From Octopus bimaculoides (Eukaryota), in contig NC_068989.1 in assembly GCF_001194135.2 (NCBI RefSeq), positions 90,528,092-90,592,091 on the forward strand: a DNA stretch of 64,000 nt. The letters are read 5' to 3'. Positions within the stretch are counted from its first letter, which is position 1, and the number at the start of each line of letters is the position of its first letter. The notes below the pieces were generated by a model. The model was given only the letters and a program-made list of their open reading frames with translations, was not told where the DNA came from and searched no databases. Positions 35,964 through 48,748 of this stretch are shown piece by piece. Both the position numbers and the translations under genes were made by a program.

Positions 35964-38505
35964 TCTTTGGTTAGGAATTATTTGTAGCTGTTATAAAATA
36001 ATGTGTGCCTTAAATGATATTTATCTTTCACTAAATGAAGTAGATTTTTGTTTTTTTTTTGTTGATCTTACCTTAATGGATCAATAAATTTGTGTGTGTG
36101 TGTGTGTGAGAGAGAGAGTGTATATGAATTCATTATTAAGTACAATCTGGAGTTGTTACCGTTCTTCTTTTTAAAACTTATAACGAAACAAGCCAGTTAC
36201 CTTGAACTATTTCTACCAACCAACAGGTGTTTCAAAGTAAATATTCGGTGGGTGACTATGGTGGTAGTAGGAGGAGTTATTTAACCCTATACCTGCTCTA
36301 ATCCAGTAAATCTATAACCAAAAATGTTCCATCTGTGACCATATTTCATTTTTTTTTTGTCAGACATTACATATCTAGGAATACATTATTTAATGTGCTT
36401 TCCCTCCCCTCAAAATATGCTATGATTTGAGGAAGATTTTGCTGCCTTTTCTTACAGGATGGGCAGCTGCATACAGGCTCCCTCATTGGGTTGTAGTCGT
36501 GTTAGTGCTTAGTAGTGGTAGTGATGGTGGTGGTAGGAGTGGTGGGAGAGCAAAAGGTATAAACTGTATCTCATATTTATCATGTATACAAATATATGCA
36601 CACAAACACACACACACATGCGTACACGTATGTATATGCTGGTGTGGCCCCTGACCTTGCCAAATTCTGTAAAGCTGTCCAACCCATGCCAGCATGGAAA
36701 ATAAATGTTAAATGTTGATGATGATGGTTGATGATGAACACACACACACACATGTACATACGCATGCACAGACACATCTGTGTGTTTAAGCAGGGTTTTG
36801 GGTTCTGCCTCAGTGTTGCACCTTGGGCATGTGTCTTCCAATATAGCCTTGGCGCAGCCAAAGCCTTCTGAGTGGACTTGGTAAATAGAAACTGAAAGAA
36901 GCCCATTGTGTATATATGTAAATGCATATGCACACGTGTGTGTGTGTGTGTGTGTATGAGTTTCCTTGTCTTGACATCACATGACAGCTGTAAACAAGTG
37001 CCACCAACATACAAGCAGTGTACTTTGTTTCCATAATTCCACGTTCAGCCATGAGCAAATGTTACCTTGCTTTGAAACAGGTAAAGGCTTGGTGCCAGTC
37101 CTGAGAAAAGCAGCCTTGGTGGATGCCAAAATGTATGTGTCTGTGTTATTGTTTACATTTGCGTTTCTTTGAAAACCACAGGCTTCGAGTGGTGATGCGC
37201 CATTGTCAGTTCTCCTGTCAACAAATCACCTGTTTGCTTTGTGTAAAATAAAAGGTCCTTTACTTGATAAACAAGTAAGAGTTAGGGGCAGGAAGGGTAT
37301 TCAACTACAAAAGCTATGTGTCTGTAATGTATTCATCTAACCCATGCTAGCCTGGAAAATCTATAAGAACCAAACTTTGTCAGGCAGTTATTATATCTCT
37401 TGTGACATGTAAACACCCTGCTTTTATTCCTTTACCTGCTGCTGCTGTATTTCTCAGACCAAATTCTACAGCCCACATCACACCAAAACCAGAGGTTGAC
37501 TTACATACCATAAGCACTCTGAAGGACCAACATCTCGGTGTGAAATTGCTGCAGGTTATGGAAAGAGAGTGACAACGTTTGAATGTTTACACTACAGACT
37601 GTGTTCACTTGTGTGCTGGAAAATACAGTGTGACTAAGCTAGTGTCTTTAGTTGAACAGTGGCTGAGGAGGTGATTTGTCTGAAAGTCACTGAAACTTTT
37701 AGATATCTCATGAAGTAACTTGTGGTTAATATTACATATTGCCTTTAAGGGGTATATTTCAGGTTGGCTTTTCCCTGTTCCATTGATTCAAATGGACATA
37801 GCACCAACTACCTATTGAGTTCTTTCACTCTCTGTGATTAAATGCTTTTTGCTTAGATGAATTAATATTGTACTGATCAGGTTTTTGACTCTTGTATCTA
37901 TTATATGTGTGTGAGTGTGTATAAATATTTTTTTTTTTATTATTAATCTGCAAAAGTTACAGATTGTCTCAGGGGCTGACAGTTTCATGTTGATGCACTC
38001 TGTAACTTCTACTGATTAATAATGAAATGCACACACACACACACACACACGTGCACACACACATAAAACATCAAAGTATCGACAACAAATATATCTGCAT
38101 AATTTACATGTTGGTTTCAATAACTAGGCTAAAACTGATTGCCTGTCAGGATTTATCAATACCTGTGGTAATTTTGCTGTCACAATTGCAGCCAGGTGTT
38201 GCAACAACGAACACAACAGAATATGCTGAAACAATTTCTAACACTCTCTGTCAATTCATCTCTATTCATGTGTAGCTAATATAAATTTTTCTATTTATCT
38301 AATAATTTTTCTATACATCTGCCCCTGTCTATCTTGGCTGTCCATAAGCTGTTATTTCTCTGCCTGTCTTGAATACATTGGCAAACCACTTCCTGTTCAC
38401 TGATATTTTATTTTATCAAGGGTAGCGGGTGACTGGGGTTCAGGATACCGTTTATCTAAATGGGGTGTTGAACCACATATCGCTTGTATATTTCATATTA
38501 GTGGA

Positions 38506-38775
38506 ACTGGTGTCCTCATCTTGATTGTTGATATTTCCCTACTCTTCAACTGTTGTATGCTCCAGCCATCTTCAGGTGTCTTGTGTTGAACTTGGTTGTT
38601 GTATCTAAACCTGAAACTATTCATGAAGGACATGTAATTTACTGATGCCACAAAGTTCAGTATTTCAATGGCGACCGGATACAACAACCAAGTTCAACAC
38701 AAAACACCTGAAGATGGCTGGAGAATACAACAGCAGAAATGTAGTGAAATCAGCAATCAGGATGGGGGCACCAGT
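38506..38775. repeat. Fold-back inverted repeat with hammerhead-ribozyme-like cores
   Basis: Arms about 100 nt with a 72-nt spacer; 38560-38605 and 38678-38723 pair at 45/46 positions. Confidence 0.9.
38703..38747 (+). ncRNA. Degenerate minimal type I hammerhead-like motif
   Basis: (a)cac CUGAAGA uggcug-gagaauacaa-cagca GAAA ugua gug. Has the CUGANGA and GAAA core, an imperfect stem II, a GUA cleavage triplet and a 3-bp stem I. Activity unknown. Confidence 0.5.
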
Positions 38776-39191
38776 TTGACTGATGTATACAGTATACATA
38801 ATATAAATATCTCTTCTTGCAAATATAGAGTTGTGACTCCATATGTGTTTGATTAAAAAGTAAGCCATTGCTGTCTTGTGTCTCAAAACTCGTGTGACTG
38901 GTCACCCAGTTTCCATCTGTTTAAGTGGCGGAGATCACGACATTTCCTCTGAACATAACACCCAGTGTATCAAAGGATCTTTCGTTTACAACTGACTGAA
39001 CTGGAACCAAATGAAATGAAGTGTTTTGCTCAAGGACACAACAGCATTGCCTGGGTCAGGAAGTGAAACCGTGATCTTAAGATCATGAATACAATGCCCT
39101 AACCAACAGGCATGTACCTTCACATGTGTTTAATATCCACATGTATTTTGTACTACTATAATTTAACTACTATAACAACCACTGTTATAAC

Positions 39192-39679
39192 CAGGGCTGT
39201 GGAGTCAAAGCAAAAAACTTTGACTCTGACTCCTCTACTATTGGTGACTCCGACTCCTCTTTATGTAATTAAGTGATTGTGGTCCACATATTTCATGAAG
39301 CTTATGCACATGCTTGTACTTTGAGCAGGCCTATTTGTTACGACTGGTTTATATTAAAGAATATATTGTGAGTCCGTATAGTTTTACCGATTCCTTGTCT
39401 CCACAACTCTCTGACTCTCCAACACGGTGACTCTGATTCCACAACTCTCCGACTCAGCAACTCTCCGGCTCGGAGACTCTCCGGCTCGGAGACTCTCCGG
39501 CTCGGGGACTCTCCGACTCGGGGACTCTCCGACTCGGGGACTCTCCGACTCGGGGACTCTCCGACCTAGCGACCCGACGACTCCCTGACTTGGCGACTCC
39601 CCGACCCTCTGACCTGGCGGCCCTCTGACTCGGCAACTGTCCAACTCCATGACTCTCCACCTCCGACTCCATAGCCCTC
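39192..39679. mobile_element. hAT-type non-autonomous DNA transposon with an internal 16-bp minisatellite
   Basis: TIRs cagggctgtggagtc / gactccatagccctc (13/15); 8-bp TSD gttataac / attataac (7/8); eight 16-nt units at 39443-39570. Confidence 0.85.
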
Positions 39680-39860
39680 ATTATAACTATCATTTGCTAA
39701 CTTGTTATGTAGCTGTGTATTTATATGTGATGAGTGGATGCAGATTTATTGCTGTTTGGTTTCTGTCCAACTGGTTTTATGTCTCTTACATAATTTGTAT
39801 CTTCATTAGTATAAATGGCGTGGTGTTGAAGAGAACTGGGCTTACATTTAATGGACTTCA

Positions 39861-40255
39861 CAGGATAGCTGTGTGGTTAAGAGATTTGCTTACCAATCAC
39901 ATGATTTCTGGTTCATTCCCACTTCGTGGCATCTTGGGCAAGTGTTTTTATAGCCCTGCACTGACCAAGTCCTTGTGAATGGATTTGGTAGATGGAAACA
40001 GAAGCCCATCGTACATATATATCTATGTACGTATCTGTGTCTGTTCGTTCCCCATCACCGCTTGACAACCAGTGTTGGTATGTTTACATCCCCATGACTT
40101 AGTGGTTTGAGGAAAGATACTGGCAAAATAAGTATGAGGCTTTAAAAAGAAAAAAAAGTTCTGAGGCCAATTTATTTGACTAAAAAAATTCTTCAAGATG
40201 GTGCTCTACCATGGCCACAGCCTAACGGCTGAAAAAAGTAGAAGGTAAATAGATA
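39861..40255 (+). mobile_element. Family A SINE, older
   Basis: gctgtgtggttaag...gtggcatcttgggcaagtg...ggtgctctaccatggccacag. Confidence 0.8.
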
Positions 40256-40389
40256 AAACGCTTGGACTTAACTAATTTGGGTAGATTATGAGATGCCAGT
40301 GTGAACGTTGAAGTAACCAAGTAAACAAACAGGGTAAAAAAAGCAGCACTTAATTTCTTGGTGGTTGGATAAACTGAATAAGCAGGCTG

Positions 40390-40421
<32 letters not shown>

Positions 40422-40800
40422 GTACTATCATGCAGTGCACAGAATCAAGATAAAACAAAGATCTTTATAAAACCTTTGACCTTTGGAATTTTGTTGTCGT
40501 TACTGATCTTCTTAATTAATGTTGTGACCTACTAATGAAAAAAAAAAAAACCCTGGGAATTAAGATTGTTGTTGTTGTTGTTATAAATGTGATTACTTCA
40601 TTCATTGTCACCTCCCCCTCCATTACTCCCATTGCTGGCATCATCATCATCACCATCATTCCTAATAGCTTGTATGATGGGATGGTGGGAGAAAAAAAAA
40701 AAAAGATTAATCGGTTGAAAGTTAGCGTTTCTGCTGTTGCGGCTGTTTCTTCAGGAGTTATAAGTGAGATACAAGCTTTTAGAAATAATAATAATAATAA

Positions 40801-41240
40801 TTTTACTATAGGCTCAAGGCCTGAAATTTAGGGTGGGGGATAGTTGCTTAGATCAACCCCAGTACTAAACTGGTATTTGTTTCATCAACCCTGAAAGATG
40901 AAAAACAAAGTTGACCTCAGTGGAATTTGAACTTGGAATGTAAAGCTGAATGAAATGCTGTGAAACATTTTGCCCAATGTGCTAAGGGTTCTGCCAGTTT
41001 GCCACCTTAATATTATTAATAACAATCCTTTCTATTGAAAGCACAGGGCTTCAAATTTGGGGGAAGGGATCAAGTCAATTACATTGACCCCAGTGTGTAA
41101 CTGGTACTTATTTAATCGACCACGAAAGGATGAAAGGTAAAGTTAACCTTGGTGCAATTTGAACTCAGAACGTAGCGATGGGCAAAATACCGCTAAGAGT
41201 TTCGTCCAGCGTGCTAACGATTCTGCCAGCTCGTTGCCTT
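40801..41240 (-). mobile_element. Two head-to-tail family B SINEs (40801-41009 and 41024-41240) between AAT-rich tracts
   Basis: Each has caaggcctgaaatt/cagggcttcaaatt...gaaagg/aaacaaagtt.acct...ttctgccag; AAT-rich DNA lies before, between and after. Confidence 0.85.
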
Positions 41241-42065
41241 AATAGTGATGATAATAATAATAAAGATAATAATGATAATAATTTCTTTATTAAGTACTAG
41301 GGTCTTACAATGAGATTGGGGAGATTACAATAGAATGTAGGATTATACGAAAGTGTGTGAACAGGAAAATAACAGTAATAATAAATTTGAACAATGAATA
41401 ATTCCCCAAAAGAGGGAGAATTCCATGGGCCCCTCTGGGGGAAACCTCACAAAACCATGGTTATAATAATATTAAGGGGGTACAAATGACCATGGAATGC
41501 ATCTAGAAAGTTCCCCTCTAATGTACAAGTCCGGGCAAGGTTGTTTATGGAAGATCAGTTTGCCATGTATACCAGCCTCCCCTCTACACACCACTGAGTG
41601 GGGACATCAGGCTTCGATGGTGCTTTTTATGTGCCACTAATAAATAGTAGACCGACACAGTCAGTGATGTCAGTCAGCGGGCTACGCTGTTCGGGCCAGC
41701 CCCGCAGAGATGACGAAATACGTTGTGAAAATAAGGGGACATAACAAGTTTCCATTCTGCAGATCCACTTACAAGAGAATGGTTATCCTGGAACTGTAGG
41801 AGAAGACATCTGCCCATGGTGTGCTGTGCAGTGGGATTGAACTTGAAACCATGCAGTTGGGAAGCAAGCTCCTTAGCCACACAAGAAGCGTGTCTATACC
41901 TATAGCCACAATCATTCAATTTAAAAACAACAAAAAAAAAAAAGTTTTATTAATCTCTTTAATTAGGCAGCAACATAATTATACCCTCTTGTGTGCACAC
42001 ACACGTGTACACACACACGTGTACACACACTTGCAACTGTCCTGTATACACGCATCCATGTATAT

Positions 42066-42099
<34 letters not shown>

Positions 42100-42260
42100 A
42101 TGCAGTTCTGACACTTTTGTTGTGTTTGCTCCTGTTAGTTTTATTGCTTGGTGATGTTGGTAGTTATTGGGTGCACTTCAAATTCTCTTTTATTCAGATT
42201 AGCTTCATTAGGAGGAGCAGGTTCAAATCCTGTGGCTATCTACTGGCAACGTTTTTTCAT

Positions 42261-42417
42261 AGGCGTGGCTCTGTAGTAAATAGTTTGCTTACCAACCACA
42301 TGGTTCCAGGTTCACTCTCACTGCGTGGCACCTTGGGCAAGTGTCTTTTACTATAGCCTCGGGCCGACCAAAGCCTTGTGAGTGGATTTGGTAGATGGAA
42401 ACTGAAAGAAGCCCATC

Positions 42418-42502
<85 letters not shown>

Positions 42503-42701
42503 TGTGTCTGTTTGTCCCCCTATCACTTCTTGGCATCTGCTGTTGGTGTGTTTATGTCCCCGTAACTTAGCAGTTCGGCAAAAGAGACCAATATACTAAG
42601 TACTAGGTTTACAAAGAATAAGTCCTGGGGTTGATTTGTTTGACTAAAAAGGCAGTGCTCCAGCATGGCCACAGTCAAATGTCTGAAACAGATAAAAGAA
42701 T
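42261..42701 (+). mobile_element. Family A SINE with internal (TG)~39
   Basis: Full head, CORE-like block and tail; TG run at 42421-42498. Confidence 0.88.
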
Positions 42702-43369
42702 ATCTTTCCATTTTTTGTTCAAAACAAAATAGGGTTTGATTTTAAGTGTTGGCTGCTTTTCCTAGCAGATTGAGTGACCCCATAGTTGCCCCTTCATTGG
42801 CTCACGATGCCAGCAGCTGTATTAATACCACAGATGATGTTGATGGTATTTGGTGGTCGTTGGTTAGGGTGCTGGTTGGAGGTTTACTGGTTACGCTTAG
42901 TTTCGTCTGTTGGTTTTAATATTTTGCCGTCGGGATGTCAAATCATCAGATTTATAAACAAGCCTTTTGTTTTATTATCGACTCACAAACCTCTCTCGGC
43001 TTAACAAGAACCTTCAAGAACAGGCAGGTAGCTCCGTTAGTTCATTTGTCGTTTGATTAAGTTCGTTAGTTTTACAGCTGGTAATTTTTGCTAATACTTC
43101 ACACACACATACACTCCTCCCTCTCTCTCTCCCCCTCTCTCTCACACACACTTGTATACATCCTTATTGCTTGGTTGGGGGGTGAAGTCATTAGAATTAT
43201 AAAGTATTATTTCCCATTCTGGATGTGTGTGTGTGTGCATGTGTGTTTTTATATTTGTAGTGATCTATTTTATGTGTGCGTGTATATGTGAGTGTTTTTT
43301 GTGTAAGAGCTTGTGTGTATGTATGTGTGCAGTTGTGCATGTGTATGTGTATATATATATATATATATA

Positions 43370-43640
43370 TACATATGATGGACTCTCCCGTTGTTAGACC
43401 GACGTATGAGGGTTCGACAATTTCATACCAAACAGTCACACCAGTGATTTTTGTTTATAGTGATCAAATGTTTGTGTAGACATAAGCTCACTCCCCCCAT
43501 CAGATCGACATCACCTGTACAGGTGCAACTGGGTGCCACATGTCAGATGTCGAAATGATCACAGAGCAACGTGAAATGAAGTGCTTTGCTCAAGGACACA
43601 ACACAATGCCCGGTCTGGGAATTGAACCCATGAACTCACA
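43370..43640 (-). mobile_element. Family D-headed SINE (CORE-like block plus tail E)
   Basis: Reverse complement: gggttcaattcccagacc...gtgttgtgtccttgagcaaagcacttcatttcacgttgctc, then the tail shared with 33050-33140. Confidence 0.7.
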
Positions 43641-43890
43641 GTGTTGTGGTCTTGAGCAAGACACTTTATTTCACGTTGCTCCAATTGACTCAGCTGTAGA
43701 AATGAGTTGCAATGTCACTGGTGCCAAGCTGTATCGGCCCCTTTGGCTTTCCCTTGGACAATATGGGTGGTGTGGAGAGGGGTGGCTGGTATGTATGGGT
43801 CTTCCATAACCAACCTTGCCCAGACTTGTCCCTTGGAGCGGAACGTTTTAGGTGCAATCGCATGGTCATTCATGACCGACGGAGGTCTTT
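43641..43890 (+). mobile_element. Headless SINE: same CORE-like block with a different tail
   Basis: tgttgtggtcttgagcaagacactttatttcacgttgctcc...; the tail also occurs inverted at about 41470-41600. Confidence 0.65.
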
Positions 43891-44288
43891 ATATATAAAG
43901 CTTTATCTAGTTCTGTCCAACTCAATGACCTGTTCCCATTGTTATTAACCCTGGTGATATTTGTTCTCTTTTGTGATGGAATGTTTAAGTGTGATGCTGT
44001 TCTTCCTTCCACTTCATAAAATAAACGATGATACAGATTATTTATTTACTTCTTTGCCACAAAGCTAACACAAATACAAGGCATTAAGAATTCACCAGCA
44101 AAGATGAGATACTTTGAGGAAATGTACCAAAATTCCACATTTGGGCAAAAAGGAACAATGCAATACATATAACCTCATATAAATATGTCTGTCCATTGGT
44201 TTACCTGTCCATCTATATATCTGTCCATATATCTATCTGTCTGTCTGTCATTCTACCTTGCTATCTGTCCATCTCCATCCATCTATTT

Positions 44289-44395
<107 letters not shown>

Positions 44396-44396
44396 C

Positions 44397-44435
<39 letters not shown>

Positions 44436-45193
44436 GCCTCTCTCTCTCTGTCACCAAAAGTCATAATAAAATGTCCATATAAATATTTGTATCCATTTAT
44501 CTACATACATAAAGGTGGTGCTCCAGCATGGCCGCAGTCAAATGACAAACAAGTAAAAGCATAGAATCATAAAAGCATACCTGTGTGTATATGTATGCAC
44601 ACACACACACACACATTCGCGTATGCATTTATCTTAGTGTAGGGGGGTTGGGTTCTGTCTCTTCCTGTAATACCTTCAGCTTTGTCTTTTATTCCCCAGA
44701 ATGCTCTTATCACCCCCTCCCCCACTCCTTCCCTATTTAGCAACGAAAATGACAAAAACAATAACGACAATATTAATAACAATATTTCTCTTCTACACCC
44801 AGCAAAAAAGAAAAACAAAAAGAAAACAAAAAAAAAAAAGAAAGAAAATAATGAATGTTTGAATTAGAAAGCCATAACAATAACATAACCAAACCAGCAT
44901 TGACCAGAAGTCTTTGAATGGAATAAATAAATAAATAAATAAGACCAAATGTTTGACAAGCTTTAGAATACGTAGCACCAACTGGAAACAAAAGCTAAAA
45001 TACACTCCATGCCTTTTCCAGTATGTCCAGATGTATGTATTATGTATGTATATACAAGAGTTTCTTTACCAACCTGTTGGTCATTTGTGATATATTTATA
45101 TATATTTATATATATATCATGTACATACATACAGAACAATCAAGAAAACAAGCAAACATCAATGAATCAATATACCTTTTGGTCTTATAAACC

Positions 45194-45228
<35 letters not shown>

Positions 45229-45240
45229 ATGATGATGATG

Positions 45241-45627
45241 ATCATCATCATCGTTTAACGTCCGCTTTCCATGCTAGCATGGATTGGACGATTTGACTGA
45301 GGACTGGCGAACCAGATGGCTACACCAGGCTCCAATCTGATTTGGCAGAGTTTCTACAGCTGGATACCCTTCCTAACACCAACCACTCCGAGAGTAGTGG
45401 GTGCTTTTACGTGCCACCGGCACGAAGGCCAGTCAGGTGGTACTGGCAATGGCCATGCTCAAAATGGTGTATTTTACGTGCCACTTGCACAGGAGCCAAT
45501 CCAGTGGCACTGGCAATGATCTCGCTCGAATGTGAGGCCCAATTTTCGAAGGTTGTGCCTCACCACCTCATCCCAGGTCTTCCTGGGCTTACCTCTTCCA
45601 CAGGTACCCTCAACTGCTAGGGTGTGG
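45241..45627 (-). mobile_element. RTE LINE 3' end: ORF C-terminus joined by an internal deletion to the tandem-unit UTR and tail
   Basis: TLAVEGTCGRGKPRKTWDEVVRHNLRKLGLT at 45531-45627, then units, the aggaagggtatcc motif and the (GAT)n tail. Confidence 0.85.
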
Positions 45628-45722
45628 ATATATATATATATATATAAACTTTTCAAAAGATTTTATCAGTGGCCAGCATATTAAAAAATACCTTTTAAGG
45701 TGAAAATTATAAACAACTTATT

Positions 45723-45901
45723 TATAAGGGCAAAAGAAAAAAATTTCTATGCTAAATATGTCGAGAATAGACTTTGAATTGTCAATAACCACATAATTTA
45801 TTCATCACTATAAGCACATCAATTAATTATATTTGGTTATTGATGATTTAAAGTCTATTCTCGGCATATTTGGCATAGAAATCTTTTCTTTTGCCCTTAT
45901 A
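45723..45901. repeat. Fold-back inverted repeat (arms about 68 nt, spacer 42 nt)
   Basis: tataagggcaaaagaaaa...gagaatagacttt...aataacca vs tggttatt...aaagtctattctc...ttttcttttgcccttata; roughly 90% complementary by eye. Confidence 0.88.
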
Positions 45902-46131
45902 TATATGTATATATATGTATGTATGTATATGTATGCATATATATGTATATATATATATATATGTATATACATGTATGTATGTATATGTTTGCATATATAT
46001 GTATATATATGTATATATATATATATGTATGTATATATGTATGTATATGTATATATATGTATATATTTAATGTACTTGTGTTTTAGGTTGTTACTTGTGG
46101 AATGGTTACATTGTATTGTTTATATAAGTAA

Positions 46132-46294
46132 TGTGCAGGTGTGGTTATATGGTAAGGAGTTTGCTTCCCAACCTCATGGATCTGGGTTCAGTCCCACTGT
46201 GGTATCTTGGTGAAATGTCATGTATTATAGTCTTGGGCTGACCAAGGCCTTGAGAGTAGATTTGGTAGACCGAAACTCAAAGAAGCCTGTCATA

Positions 46295-46295
<1 letters not shown>
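46132..46295 (+). mobile_element. Family A SINE 5' half, ending in (TA)n
   Basis: gggttcagtcccactg...aaactcaaagaagcctgtcatatc. Confidence 0.7.
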
Positions 46296-46330
<35 letters not shown>

Positions 46331-46890
46331 CTACCTACTACATATGTTGAAAAATCAGTGCGTTTGTTTGTGGCGTTGTTAGCTAACTCCCCCTACATCG
46401 CTTTATTGATTTTGATGACACTTGATACATGAGTAGAACTCATGTCTGGAAACCTCATGACACATTAGATTGTTGAAAAAATCGATAATACGTCCCCTTG
46501 GAGGGACCTTTATATCTACCTCTTATAACTATTTTTTTAAAACACCCAAGGGAAATAACCCATAGCATCAGTACAGTATGTATAACTGCTGTCATTCACA
46601 GAAAAAACTATTGTTTTACTGTGAGAAAAGTGTAACTGAAAATGCAGAATTATCGTAGTAACGGGCATTCAAAAAAGTATGTATGTATAGAAATGTATGA
46701 ATGAAATCTTTAATGTTTAAGATTCAAATTAAGGAAATGCAATAATAATGTTTAGCAGTTCAAAACTGTGAGTAGTGAAATGTAGAATTAGGTCGGCTGA
46801 TCTCGAAGGAGACACAAAACACACACTCTTACATCCATACATACATACACTCTTACATCCATACACACACACACACACACACGTGCGCGC

Positions 46891-47040
46891 GTGATGGGCT
46901 TCTTTCAGGTTTTATCCACCAATCCACTTGCAAAGCTTTGGTCGGCCTGGGGTTATAGCAGATACTTACCCTGGGTGTCATACAGTGGGACTGAACCCAG
47001 AACCATCTGATTGGGAAGCTAACTTCTTACTACACAGCTG
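46891..47040 (-). mobile_element. Family A SINE 5' half
   Basis: gatgggcttctttcag...aaagctttggtcggcc...cagtgggactgaacccagaacc. Confidence 0.7.
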
Positions 47041-47824
47041 AAATTACACACACACACACACACATGTATATATATTTTTGTGTATATATTGTATGAGAGA
47101 GTAGCAGGAAGCATGGTGTTGGTATTTCATTTATTTCCTATCCACAATCGATTCAGCGATTGATAATCAAGTTCGATTAATAATCGCAACTAATGAAATA
47201 TGTTTGATGAGATTGATCAAGGACTGCTTCATCAGACAGAAAGCTGGGGCTCACCGCCATATACACCCATCTTTGCTCTATTTCTTGCTTGGCTTCCATA
47301 CTCTGCTGGATATTGGATATATTACAAAATCACTGTTTATGATATATATACATCTCTATGGGCATGCATGCGCGCACACACACGCACACACACGCACACG
47401 CACACACACACACACAAACACAAACACAAACACATACACACACACACACTTTTTTTGAGAGTGATATGATGCTTGAACAACTTCCTCAAAACAAGTTGTA
47501 TGGGAAGTGTTTTAAAATATAACCTGATTGACATATATGTGTGTGTGTGTGTGTGTGTGTACATGTATTTGTATATATGAATGTGTGTATATATGTGCAT
47601 ATATACAAACGTATATGTTTGTGTGTGTGTGTATATGTATATATATATATATATGGTGGTTGTCTCCTCCTTATGCAGTTTCTGACCACCTCCTGTACCT
47701 ACACCTTAGCACCATCATGGCATCTGATGTGGCTTGTTAAACCAGACAAGGTTTTTAAAAGACACCTACATAGATTGCATATCCGATCTGGACCACACAT
47801 ATACACACACATGAGAGCTTATGG

Positions 47825-47911
<87 letters not shown>

Positions 47912-48734
47912 GAGGGTGTGTAATATGTCAATATACCTGTTTGAGCTTGGCTAAAATAGTTATTTGATGTTTCCATATATCTATGGAGATACTTTGTGTG
48001 TGTGTAGGCGGAGTATATTGTATTGTTTTATGTTGGTTTGTCTATCGTATGTATATTTCCGTTCAGTCGTAGTTGTAGTAGTAGTAGTAATAATAGCCGA
48101 AGCAGTCGTTGCTTAGCCCCAGGTGAATCCAGACGGAATACACCTGTGATCAAATGTGTCGCAGCTATGCACACCTTGTCGTTTCTCTCAGGCATTGCAA
48201 TTCAGAGATTTTCCTACCATGTGGCTGTGTGGTTAAGAAGCTGGCTCGGTAACGACATGGTTCTGAGTTCAGTCCCACTGTGCAATTGTCTTCTACTGTA
48301 TTCCTGAGCTGACCAATACCTTGTGAGTGATTTTGGTAGGTGGAAACTGTGTGAAAGCCCATATATGTGTGTTTGTTTTGTCAAGAAGCTTCATTTTCAA
48401 TCACAGGTTCCGTCTCACTTCATGGTTCATTGGACAAGTGTCTCCTGTTATAGCCCCAAGCTAACTACTGCCTTGTAAGTGGATTTGAAGTGCAGAAGCT
48501 TGTCATGTATGTGTGTGTGTGTGTACTCTATCTTTCCATTTTTGAGTCAGCAAATTGTGTGATTTGAAGAGAATTTGACTGCTTTTTCTAGCAAATCAAA
48601 CAGCCATGTAAAAGTCCTGTCTTTGTCTCCAGGAGTTTCTACATTGGTTCTGTGTGTGTGTATGTGTGTGTGTTTGTAATTAAAGCTCCTCTTGCTATCT
48701 TGCTAATTTTCTAATTTTACCTGACCGATTCTGT

Positions 48735-48748
48735 GTTGTCATAGCAAC
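48735..48748. promoter_or_regulatory. RFX X-box consensus match GTTGTCATAGCAAC
   Basis: Exact fit to GTHNYYATRRNAAC. Function not shown. Confidence 0.4.
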
